Positions 49,903 to 61,200 of a DNA stretch of 64,000 nucleotides are shown piece after piece. Within the stretch, counting starts at the first letter, position 1; each line of letters opens with the position of its first letter. The notes below the pieces were generated by a model. It saw only the letters and a program-made list of their open reading frames with translations. It had not been told where the DNA came from and ran no database searches. Origin of the DNA: Amoebophrya sp. A120 (lineage: Eukaryota; Protista; Dinoflagellata); NCBI GenBank assembly GCA_905178155.1, contig CAJINV010000002.1:2636226-2700225 (forward strand), given 5' to 3'. A program made the translations under genes and the position numbers.

Positions 49903-52724
49903 ATGCCGAAATCCTCTACTTCCCCCACCTCTTCCTCTTCCTCCCCGAAGAACGCGAAAGCCAACGCTGTATCAATTGCAAATATGTCTGGGTCTGGAAA
50001 TGAAGTGGAACTTGTATTGCGTGTCCAGGATTCCAGAAAAATCTGTATTGCATAAAAGCACCAAGAGCGCCGCGTTTTCATCGTGAGAAAGCGCAGTTTG
50101 TAATGCGCAATAAGCATGAGAAAGTGTCTGAAAAATTTGTCATGCTCCACTGCTCTTACAGGCGCAGTCACTCATGGCCATTCAGCATTACAGGTTTGCA
50201 GACCCAGACATATTTGCAATGCATACGCTTCCACCAAACCCCACGCAGTGAACGACGACGGCCGGAGACCGTTGCCGAAAAATGGCGAGAAAAAGGAACC
50301 CGGGGTTGTGTACGAGGATGGGTCCTACATTCCCATCGTGGACAAGGAGCTCATCGGCTTCATGCGGTACGCCGGGGATGTTTACGACGACGGGGATAAG
50401 GCCGCGGACACAGACCCGTCGGACTTGGATTCTGCGGATGATGACCAATTGAATCGGGATTCCGATTCCCTCGTTTCCTTCGACGAGGACAAGGAGAAAG
50501 CGAAATTGGACGAGGAGAAAGAACTCTTATCCGAGAACGAGTTTGACAAAAGGACCAAGGAAATCGAGGATCGAAGAGAAAAGTTCGAGCATAAGGAGAT
50601 CAAGCGCGTTCCGATTCGGACCGTTTTGGATGAGAAATTTGGCTTCACGGAGGATTTTCAGCGCCACGCCGCTGGGTATCTGACAAGACACCCCGCGAGC
50701 AAGTTCTACAAGAAGATCAAGGACGAGCCGATCCGGGCGCATAAACGGTTCGACCAAGCTATCATTTGTAACAACGTCCCCACCCCAGAGTTGTAATGCA
50801 AATCATCTGCATGCTGAAAGTGTTTCTCATGCGGAGACCCATGCGAAGCAGTCTGTAGTCGTCTTTTGGTATTTGTGATGCTAGAATCAGCATGATATAG
50901 ATATGCTAGATCTGTGATGCTTCTGAACAAGCTAAACAGGAGTACACTACGAGGCCATACTTGTCATGCGCAGCAGCAAAAGCTGACAGATTTGTCTAGC
51001 AGATTTCCCACTTTGACTCTGGTGTGGGGACGTTTTTACTAAGGATACAAGCGGATCTGCGGATTACGAAAAATAAACACGGGCCCTGCAAAGGGCAAGA
51101 TTGGAGCTGGCAGGAGTTGAACACGTTTGTGAAGGGGGAAATCAGAAGAAAAAATCACAAGCCGAAACTGAAGCCGAAAAGGCTGGTTTCCTCCGACTGG
51201 TTGGAAGAGATGATGGTGGATGAAGTTTTGCAAGATGCAGCCGATGTGACGATATGCAGTGCAAAAGCATCGTACTCGTATAAATGCATTACAAATTTCC
51301 CCAGCGTGAGAAATAATAATTTGTAATGCGGATTTACCTCAAGAAAAAGATTTGTAATGCATGGCTGCAATACGACTGCCTACGATACTTTTGCACAGGA
51401 TAGACGAGAAAAGCGAATGAATCGGACGATGAGAGATCCAAAGACCATATCATACCAAAAAGTGTTAACGTTAACGGAATTTGGCATGCAGGAATGCACG
51501 AGAAATGATGCCCCAAGTTGTATTGCATAGCATGCATGATAGCGAAAATTTGTCATGCATGCCTGCAACGCCCCAAAACCGCTATACGTATAGCACTTTT
51601 TTCGTTGATAGACCAGCACGCGGCCTTGTGGGCGGAGAAAAATCCGAAGAAGAAGATGCACATGAAAATGCCGCTGGAGGACTCGTATTTGAAGAACAAG
51701 GAGGACACGAAGGAGGAAGCATTACGCGTGAAACTGGAAGAAAGAGCGGAATATCCAGTGCAAAAATGTCTGGGTCCCCTGTGCGGGATTTGTCATGCTA
51801 GTCGGGCATGACACTGAGCTCTGTATTGCGTGGCCAGCAAGAGGAGCTCCTCTTATCTGTCATGCAAAAACGCTGTTTGTCATGCGGATTACGCAAGAAC
51901 ACGGACACGGAGCCAAGATGAATAAATCTGTCATGCCTGGCGCTGCATTACAGTGTGCTTTCTTTTCACTGACATGCATCACAAGTATCCAGACTCAGAC
52001 GTATTTGCAATGGATACGGAATTCGCCCGGATGCTAAAGGAGGGGTACACGCAGGACATCACCAATGAGGAGAAATATCCTGTGCAAAAGTATCGTAGTC
52101 GTACTAATCGCATTCATGCATTACAAATGTCTTTCTCAAGGCAGATCCGCATTACAAATTTTATTTCTCGTGCTGAGGGAATTTGTCATGCATTTATACG
52201 AGTACGATACTTTTGCACAGGATAAGAAACAGGCGCTGATGATATCCAAAGTGAAAACGTCCCCACGTCGACCCCAGCAGAGTCAAGATGGGGACTTTGC
52301 AACACAAACCTAGAAGTTTTGGAATTTACGCATGACAAGTTGCAGTCCGTAAGGTAGGGCAAGTTAGCAAGGACAGCAGCTGCATTACAAATCCATCTGC
52401 TTATCCTGTTTACAGCAACACAAAGTTAGTTGTCCCAAACACGATAATTGAAAATGCCTGTCATGCGGATGCGGATCACAAAAGATTCCTGTCACTGCAA
52501 AGCTGCATGACAACGCTGGGTTTTGGGGACGTTCCTACACGGGATACATGACGAAAGCGAGGTTCGCGATCCAGGATAAATACGCGGAGAGGGGTTACGA
52601 AGAAATCAAAGCGGAAGAGGATAAGAAAGCGAAGGCGCGGGCGGAACATGTGGAAACGAAAGTTTACAGTCGGATGGAATTGAGAGCGAAGGAAAAGGCG
52701 AAAAAATCCGCGCTGTTTGGGTGA
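49903..52724 (+). CDS. Hypothetical charged (K/E/D-rich) protein with 7 introners from 4 families
   Basis: MPKSSTSP...EPGVVYEDGSYIPIVDKELIGFMRYAGD...AKKSALFG* continuous after removing all 7 elements. Confidence 0.85.
49970..50225. mobile_element. Introner family A
   Basis: TIRs; TSD CGCTG/CGCTT. Confidence 0.92.
50760..51047. mobile_element. Introner family E
   Basis: TIRs (aacgtccccac); TSD CAAGC. Confidence 0.92.
51253..51402. mobile_element. Introner family D (reverse orientation relative to 52076)
   Basis: TIRs; TSD GACGA. Confidence 0.93.
51448..51610. mobile_element. Introner family H
   Basis: tatcataccaaaaagtgtta / tagcacttttttcgttgata; TSD GACCA. Confidence 0.85.
51752..52016. 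mobile_element. Introner family A
   Basis: TIRs; TSD CGGAA. Confidence 0.92.
52076..52224. mobile_element. Introner family D
   Basis: Perfect TIR tatcctgtgcaaaagtatcgta; TSD AGAAA. Confidence 0.95.
52243..52546. mobile_element. Introner family E
   Basis: TIRs; TSD GATGA/CATGA. Confidence 0.88.
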
Positions 52725-53518
52725 TAGGAGCAGGAGTTAGTTGCGGTGTGCCGCTTACTTATACCTTTATCCCCACGCTGTTCTGGTCGAAAGGTTCTTG
52801 TCACGATTGCATTTTCTTGTGTGTAGAGAGAACTAGAATCAACATAGTTGAATGAACCACAGAAGGAGACTGTCATGCTGGATGCACGTTGGCCTCCGTC
52901 GTCCCTCGTCGTTTTCATTCCTATGTAGATGTCTTCTCTGGAGGGATGTCAAGTACTAATACTCGTGTGTTCTCATGTTCATCGGCCTGAAAATCAATGT
53001 CGTGTTGTTTCGTCGCACTTCGCGTTCCCTCTTTTCATGGGATCGTTTAGTAAGTACTTTTTACTCGTTTTCAGAAAAGCCAAAACCTTCAGCATTCGGC
53101 AGTTGAGGAACAGAAAATTGTCGTGGAAAGGTGTCCCCTTGACACAAGTCCTACGTTCGTGAAATACTTCCATGCTGATCTGGGTCGTCCTTCTCGCTTG
53201 CATTCTTATGCAGCACGAGCAAAAGATAAATATAGCACTTTCATTTTCATCGTCTCGTTGATGTTTTCCAATTGCTATTTCGTCGATCGACGATAATTTT
53301 CAACACGACTAGCTACGTCAATCATTCAGCAAAACAGGACTTGTGTTTTTTCCCGGGACAAAATATCTACTTCACAAACTTCGCCTTAGCTCGTGCCTTA
53401 GATAGTGTACTACGGAAAGCAGCGCCACTTGTAAGTAATTACAGCCAGAGTTTTTTCGGAAAGTCTTTACGACTAGTTTTCCTTCTTGTTTACCTGTCGT
53501 CAAACCCACAACGGAACC

Positions 53519-53911
53519 ATGGTAAAAATCGCGAAGATCGGAGCGGCCAGCGCTGTCATTCTCCCTCTGATGGGGGGGGGGGTTCTCGCGGCCCAGAAGA
53601 AGAAGCTGGCGACTCATTTTTGGGCCGGAAGCGAATCCGAGCCGACTGGGCTGATGGAAGTAGACCGCGTCGACAAGAAGCAGTCGACGAAAGAGCAGGA
53701 ACCGCTTGCGAAGAAAACGCTCGGCTCTTCGCAAGAAGTAGAAGATGCAGAAAATAAATATCGGCAGCGTTGCCAATCTGTCTGCACGGCCATCCACGGC
53801 TACGAATCATCTCTTGAGGACCCGAAGGATCCAAGAGGTGTACGGAATCGGTGCGTCTGTTCGATCGATGTCAACAAACTGCCAGAATCGGTACTGGCAT
53901 TTCCACAATGA
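53519..53911 (+). CDS. Small putative secreted protein with C-terminal 4-Cys motif
   Basis: MVKIAKIGAASAVILPLMGGGVLAA signal-like N-terminus; CQSVC...RCVC; GC-rich codon usage against AT-rich flanks. Confidence 0.6.
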   Translation: MVKIAKIGAASAVILPLMGGGVLAAQKKKLATHFWAGSESEPTGLMEVDRVDKKQSTKEQEPLAKKTLGSSQEVEDAENKYRQRCQSVCTAIHGYESSLEDPKDPRGVRNRCVCSIDVNKLPESVLAFPQ

Positions 53912-55526
53912 ATTTGAGGAAACCCGCTTATGAAAGCCACTTAAGAAACCTACTCGTGAATCCGCTACAACTGTATGATGAATGTCGAGTTGAACAATAA
54001 ATACTTAAATGGGACCAGCATGACTTACTCTTGCTCGACCTCAACAACTGGAAAAATGCTTTCCAAAGTATCTATACGTATTCAGACAAGAGGTGTGCCA
54101 CTTTCTCGCGTATCTACAAACAATCAAGCACACTACACTTTCTACACAGACAGCATTGGATTTATTATTATTTTGTATACAGACAACATTATTTTTATTT
54201 CGTACACAGACATACACTTTGTACACAGAGGATATGCACGCAAGACCAGGAGCTGCTAGTGCAGAAGGCGCACACGCAAGCTAAGTACAATTGATGCCCC
54301 TGCCCCCCCCTCTGGTTGGCTTTTGTCGACGATCGACGCGTGTGCATTAAGTACGATCCTCCTTCAACAATTACACAACTCACACTCAGGTAGAAAAAAG
54401 TTCAGTAATTCCAAAACTTCGACATGTATTTTTAGGATACCAGAAAAGTAGCAAATCGCGCTCATTTCAATGCTTCATCATAGTAAGTATTTCAGTATAG
54501 TAGCACAACTTTCCCAAGCCCATTCCCATTGGCATTGTTAAACGCCTACCCTTTTCATTTTAATTTTTGCGACATGGAAAAAAATGTTCTCCGATTCACT
54601 CTCAACCCCACTCAGACAAAAGTTTCGAATTTCGCTAATGAAGAGCAGTGTGCTCCTTTTTTTTTCTTTCCTTCTTTGTTGGTGAGTCGCAGAATCTTGA
54701 GTGGTGCAGCTGGAACTCAAGACCAAAGTAAGGGCTCGTGAAGAATATTGCGGTGAAGTACTATATTGCGTATGCGTTTGCGTTTCGCTATCTTTCGTAG
54801 AGCTTTCAGCGCAGTATTTTTTTGATTCGAATTTAGCAAGAAATAGAAACCGCGAAAGGAAAGAAAATGGAGAGCATGGCCACAACAACTAGAGCAAGGC
54901 ACTCTCGTCCTTCTGGCATTCTTGCCAAATCAAATACGACGTTGCGATGGACCACGCGATTTTTCTGAACTTTTTGTCGAGCTACGAATTGGAGTCAACA
55001 TCAGAAAGAACTTGCTTCCTTGTGGAAGTACGCCTGCTGCAGCTTTTGCGGTGGTTTTAGAAGATGTGGGCAGGACGGAATGTCGCACATTTATTACCGT
55101 GTTCTCATACATGTACTACTTAAAAGTGTTTGTCTTTGTTTCTTCTTGTATCCGTATGGAACGAATGATTAAGGGCGAAGGAAAAAGCAAAGAAATCCGC
55201 GCTGTTTATTGGCTGATTTTAAAATAGGAGTTTGTCGTGGCTCGTTTTTCTTCTTGGCATGACCATATCTGTTCCTGTTGTTGCACGTTGAAGAGAACAA
55301 CGAATTATTTTTCATCAGGTCCACCTCCTCTTCTGCGTGAGCACAGAAAGGAAGGACACAACAAGAGATGATGAAATCGGTCCGTTTATTTCTGCTTAAT
55401 ATTCCACGACGTAAGTACGTATCGTGATAGTAGTACGGGAGAGAGCTGACGAGAGAAACGTACAGAAAAAACAGCACCGCGAAATAAAATCGGTCGTGTT
55501 TTCATGTCTTCGTCCACTGACGGTAC

Positions 55527-55618
55527 AATTTGTCATCCTGCACTCCACTAAAGGGCACAGTCCATCATGGCCATTCAGCATTACAGGTTTCCAGACCCAG
55601 ACAGTTTTGCAATGCATA
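55527..55618. mobile_element. Right half of a family A introner (5'-truncated)
   Basis: ...ttccagacccagacagttttgcaatgcata with no left TIR. Confidence 0.85.
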
Positions 55619-55779
55619 GAACCCGGGGTTGTTTACGAGGATGGGTCCTACATTCCCATCGTGGACAAGGAGCTGATTGGCTTCATGCGGTACGCCGGGG
55701 ATGTTTACGACGACGGGGATAAGGCCGCAGACACAGACCCGTCGGATTTGGACTCGGCGGATGATGACCAATTGAATCG

Positions 55780-56080
55780 TATCCTGAGTAGAAACGTACG
55801 TCCCCACCCCAGAGTCAAGATGGCGAGGTTGCTACACAAGTCAGCAAGTTTTTGCTGTTTCGCATGACAAGTTTATTGGACTCGTCGAGCAGTGCTGTTT
55901 CAGGTAGTGCAGATGCATCACCAATTGCCTACCCTATCCTGATTTCAGCATCACAAACTTCCACGATAACATTAGAAGATGGTCCTCAAGTTGTAGGGGC
56001 CTGCGCATGAGAAACATTTTAGGTCGTGTGCCACTTTGCATGACAACTTCTCTGGCGTGGGGGCATTTTTACTTAGGATA
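55780..56080. mobile_element. Introner family E
   Basis: TIRs; TSD AATCG/CATCG; empty site AATCG at 50452-50456. Confidence 0.9.
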
Positions 56081-56144
56081 CATCGTGACTCCGATTCCCT
56101 AGTGTCCTTCGACGAGGACAAGGAGAAAGCGAAATTGGACGAGG

Positions 56145-56458
56145 TATCACAAGGAAAAATGCCCCCGCCCCATAACAAAACGGAAATCTGTGATGCAGAT
56201 TTGTGGCCACAAATCAGCTTTGTCATGCCAGAAGGGAAAAGATGCGGACTGTAGTGCTGGGCTGCGTGGGAAAGCCTTGCATCTTCAGCATGAGAGGAGG
56301 CAGCTGGAAGTGAAAAACAGCATGACAAATTGCCTGCAAACGAGGCCACAACTGCGGCTCTTGGCCTTCTAGCAAGACAAGGCGACTTGTCTACTCAAAT
56401 GCAGCATCACGACAAACGTCGTCTTCGATTTGGGGAGCGGGGATTTTTCCTTTTGATA
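56145..56458. mobile_element. Introner family G
   Basis: tatcacaaggaaaaat / atttttccttttgata; TSD CGAGG; site empty in the paralog. Confidence 0.9.
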
Positions 56459-56590
56459 CGAGGAGAAAGAACTCTTATCCGAAAACGAATTTGACAAAAG
56501 GACCAAGGAAATCGAGGATAGAAGAAATAAGTTCGAGCATAAAGTTCGAGCATAAGGTCGTCTTTTCGTGTCTTCGTCCACTGACGGTAC

Positions 56591-57733
56591 GTAGAGGAAA
56601 AAACAAAAAGGCAGCGGGCGGCAGTAGTCGTCCCAGCGAGGCTGAGGACATACGACGACAAAGAAGTTGCAACCTCTGGAAGCTTCAAGTACCTGGGAAC
56701 AACAGTAGCGAACAACGCAAGCACGACAAAAGAAGTGGAAAGGCGCACAGGGATAGCAAAAGCAACGGCGGAGCAACTGCGAAGAGTGTGGAGAGACAAA
56801 GCGACCCCGGAAGAACTAAAGGCGGAGCTTTTTTCGGCGTTGTGCAGCTCCGTGGCGCTGTACAATTCCGAAACGTGGACCCTGCGCGAGCAGGACATGA
56901 AGCTTCTGAAACAGTACCAGCACCAGACGCTGAGAACGCTCACGGGGGAGTGGAGGGCCTGGCAGAAGGAGGCAGAGAAGGGGCAGGAAGAAGAAGAGCT
57001 GCAGGAGCTAGACGACGCAGCGGAATACGCAAGTCGGATGGACCTCTGCCGGAAGGCAGGGGTCTTGGACATAGAAACGATGCTGCGGGAGAAACGGGTG
57101 GCCTGGATCGCGCATGCAGCGCGAGACAGGTCAGAGAATTCTTTTATGTGGATCGCCACCGAGATACGCAGAAAGAGTATTTGGGGAAAGCAGGCGGCGC
57201 TCGATCTCGAGCGCTATGGATTCACGCTAGAAGCACTCACGCAGCAGCCACCAGACGCAGAAACAGTGCGCAACACACTAAAAGAAAAAAGAGCATACCA
57301 GACCGGGAGAGGGGAGAAGCCGAGGCAAAAACGACAGAAAACAGAGCGCACAGAGCAGATGCGAGAGGAGCAGCGGCAGAGAATAGCGCAGCAAAAAGCG
57401 GAACAAGAAGAGGAACGGCGGCAATTTGTCCAGAAAATCGACGGCAAACGCTGGGTGAGATTACCCGGCCGACGGGATGCCTGGCACCCAGAAGACGACG
57501 CCCAGGTGCTGTTCACCGCGACGGACGATTTTTGTGAAAATACGGGAAGAGAAATCCTGTATGTTGCCGGCTTGACCTTCTACCGAAACCCGGAGGACCA
57601 CACGTGGAGCACAGAATGACCGGGGGATGCTAAAAGACAGTGTTTGTGTGCACGTCCAGTCAAGAAAAAGACAAGAAAATAGATACGAGGCTATTTATTT
57701 CGGACAAGCACAAGAATGATGATGATGATGATG
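56591..57733 (+). mobile_element. 5'-truncated non-LTR retrotransposon (RTE-like LINE)
   Basis: Open frame 56591-57619 with RT C-terminal FKYLG and EVERR..IA...LYNSETWTL thumb motifs; 3' (GAT)n tail; 12-bp TSD cactgacggtac (56579-56590, 57734-57745). Confidence 0.88.
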
Positions 57734-58208
57734 CACTGACGGTACATCTCGCCAACCTTTTATTTCGGAACCGCTTTACTTTTTGTGAAAAATCCAGGGT
57801 CCCGGTTTGTCCCACCTTTTTGTCGATATTGCGCTCAACCGAAAGGCTGAGCTGTATATTTTTTTTCGTTTTTTATTTCCTCTTCCAGTAAGTTCACGTT
57901 GTTGTACTTACGTAGAATTGCAGGTAGTTGATTTTGAGATTTCATTTTCTACCTCTTCTACTGACAGCACATCTTCGAGCCGCTTACTGGAGTCTTTAGA
58001 AATTCTTGTAGCAGTCACTGATTTACCCGTCGATTTTTTTCTGAGCAAGAAAAAATCGACCGGGCCCGTTTTTCTTTCTACCCATTTTTATCATTTTATT
58101 CCGTAAAGCTCAAGCTACTGTGAATCTCAGTTTCTAGCTCGTTATCTCGCGATCTATCCCTACCCCAGCGAATACTTTTTCCTGAAAAAAATAAACTACT
58201 ACAGAAAT

Positions 58209-61200
58209 ATGAGTAGAAAAATGGCACGCAAGACGATTCAAGCCTTTCTCGCCGCTGCCGCAACGGCGTTGTCCTTATCGCCGCTGTTCACAGGAACTGT
58301 AGTCACCGCGCAGATCTCTTCCCCGAGCGGGCAGGCGAATAGCCAATGCGGGGTCAGCCCGAATGGGAAAGTTTTGGACACAAGCAATATCCGGCAGTTG
58401 GAGTCAAAGTTGAATACCATGGTAAATCAGGATCGAACTGAGGATAAAAACGATGAAGAACGACCTTCAGAAGAAGTAGATTTGTTCCAGCCCCGTTCTC
58501 TCCTCGTCGGCGGTCAGGATTCCGACCCCTGCGAGTGGGCCTGGCATGTGGCGTTAGTCCAGATTGAGCGCACGGTCAGGACCGTAACAAATGTGGACGG
58601 TTCTTCCACAACCACGAAGTCCCTTCGGTGGCGGTATCGGTGTGGCGGATCTCTGCTGTCCGAAACCCACGTCTTGACCGCGGCGCACTGTGTGGACGAC
58701 TTGACCAGCGCGGACTCGTTGCACGTGCTCGTCGGGCTTCACTCCTTACTGGATTTGCAGAGGATGTCGGAACACGAGCTTGAAAAGCACGTCGTCGCGG
58801 TGCAAGTGGTCCACATCCACCCCGGGTATTACAACAACAATCAAAGACGGAAGAACCGGAACAAGAACAACGTGAAAGCGGAGGGGTCTAGCGGAAATCT
58901 CTTGTACGACTACGCGGTCCTCGGCCTGGTCGCGCCGCCGAACGGGGCCGGAACATCATCAAATGGACCCAATCAGCAGGACAAATCGACATCCGACAAC
59001 GACTTCATCGACGACATTGCAGATTTCATTTTCGACGGAGATCCGGTTCTGTCGGACGAATCCTTCAGCAATATGCATTGCTAATATGTCTGGGTCTGGA
59101 AGGATGCGAACTTGTGATGCATGTTGCGAATCATGCAAAAATCTGTGTTGCATGACTTGCAAAAGCTGTCCATTTCTGGCCATGCTGAGAGAGCATTTGC
59201 ATTTCTCATGCACAATAGGCATCACCAAGGGGCTGCAAAACGTGTGACGCCATGCGGCCCTGCATTACAGACTTGGCGGAGCTTGGAAAAACTGCATGAC
59301 AAGTCTCGGAATCTTACAGACCCAGACATATTTGCATTGCATAAGCAACTTCGCCTTACAATCCAACACCGACGCGCACTCTAATACAAATCTGAACGCA
59401 AACTTCGTCCCGGAGCTGATGCGGAGCAAAAAATGCCTAGTCAACGGCGAACCGCGGATCAATTTCGTCTGCCTCCCAAACGCGCCCTTAGACTCCGAGG
59501 CGATAAAACGCAAGTACGAGGGGGAGAAGGGAGTGATCGGCGATTTGACGGTCTATGCCGATAACGTCGGGTCCACAGGAAGTTTTTCCGGCAACGGCCC
59601 TAACCACTTGGAGGATTACATCTGCGTGACCACCGGTTGGGGCCAGTCCGAGCAGTCTTCTTCCGCTACGTCTGATTTGATCCCCAATGTTCTCCAAGAA
59701 ACGGAGATTGAATTAAACCAACACTGCTCTGTGTACGCATCAGCAACTTCATCCGGAGGTTCTAGTAACTCCGACTCCTCCTCTGCGATTGAGCAATTTT
59801 TCCAGAACATCCGGGGAGACAACTACCCGTCGATCTTTATCCTGTGTAAAAACGCCCCCACATCAGAGAGTCTGTCATGCGATAATCAGGATCACAGACT
59901 GGATCTGTGATGCGTTTGGACCACTAGCTAGGCACGACTATATTACACTGCGCAGCCAAAGAACTTGTCATGCGTGAGTCCCAAACATGCCCGATTTGTC
60001 TTGCCAAGATCCCAACTTGCCTCTGGGCTGCTGGGGACGTCTTTATTACACAGGATAATCTTGTGCGGTTCCGGCCTGAACCTCGCTTCCAACCCGCAGC
60101 ACACGGGTATGGAAGTGTCAGAATCGAAATCGACAAAATCGAAATGATTTGTCATGCATGAAATGGATTCCAGTTCGAACCCAGTTTCTAAGTGGCGCAT
60201 CACAAATTCTGGTGGTGCCTAAATCCAGTTTGTAATGCTGTTTAGGCAAAGAAGCCCGATTCTCTCATGCTGCTTTAGCAGCTCGAGGTATAGCCCCAAA
60301 CAGGCTTGCAATCGGCCTCACATGCCTGCTCTGCAACACACGTATTTCGCGTTATGCATTTTATGCATCACAAATTTTTCGATTTTGTCAATTTCGATCC
60401 TGACAGTTCCATAACGGGGTCCGGGTCCTGCGCCGGGGATTCCGGGGGCCCGCTGGTTTGCAAACACAAGAATTCCGACCAGTGGGTGCAATACGGGATC
60501 GTTTCGCAGGGGAGATCGCTGTCGGGCGAGGTCTTGCAGGATTGCGACGTTTCGAACGAAGATCATGACTTGGAAACCTGGTTTGCCGATACCTTCTACG
60601 CAAGGAGCTGGATCTACGAAAAGGCAAGCCTTATGAAATGCAAAAATGTCTGGGTCCGGAACAATGCAAACTTGTGATGCTGTGTTTGGATGCTATAAAA
60701 AATTTGTATTGCGTGACCAGCAAGAGGAGTCCATTTTGTTTTTGTGCTCCGTGGAGAGGGTATTTCTCATGCGGAACAGGCATCAGGAAGCTCTCTAAAA
60801 ATCTGTGATGCTAGACCACGCATTACAGGCGTCAGGGGTTATGCAAAATATGCATCACAAGCCTGGCAATCTTCCAGACCCAGACACTTTTGCATTCCAT
60901 AAGCCTCTCCACCCAACCATTGGAATACGAGCAGCCGAAACGAGCGGTCGCCAGGATTTTCGTGTATCAAATGCAAAAATGTATGGGTCTGGAAGATTGT
61001 CATGCTAGTCCGGTAAGACTCTGCACTCTGTATTGCGCGGCCACCAAGAGGTCCTCTTGCATGTCATGCAAAAGCGCAGCTTCTCATGCGAAATACGCAT
61101 CACAGAAGCACGAAAAAACTTGTCATGCTTGGCGGCGCAGTACAGAGCGCTTATTGTTCACGGACTTGCATCACAAGTTTCCAGACCCAGACATTTTTGC

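Larger units (their letters stand above)
55527..56555 (+). pseudogene. Inserted fragment of a paralog of the 49903 gene, carrying introners absent from that gene
   Basis: Near-identical to 50297-50595 (EPGVVYEDG...KFEHK); begins inside a family A element; bracketed by a 35-bp direct repeat (55492-55526, 56556-56590). Confidence 0.85.

Noticed and set aside
56735-57619. ORF as the introner-mobilising transposase
   Set aside because: Motifs are those of a non-LTR RT C-terminus; no DDE domain and no flanking TAT...ATA TIRs
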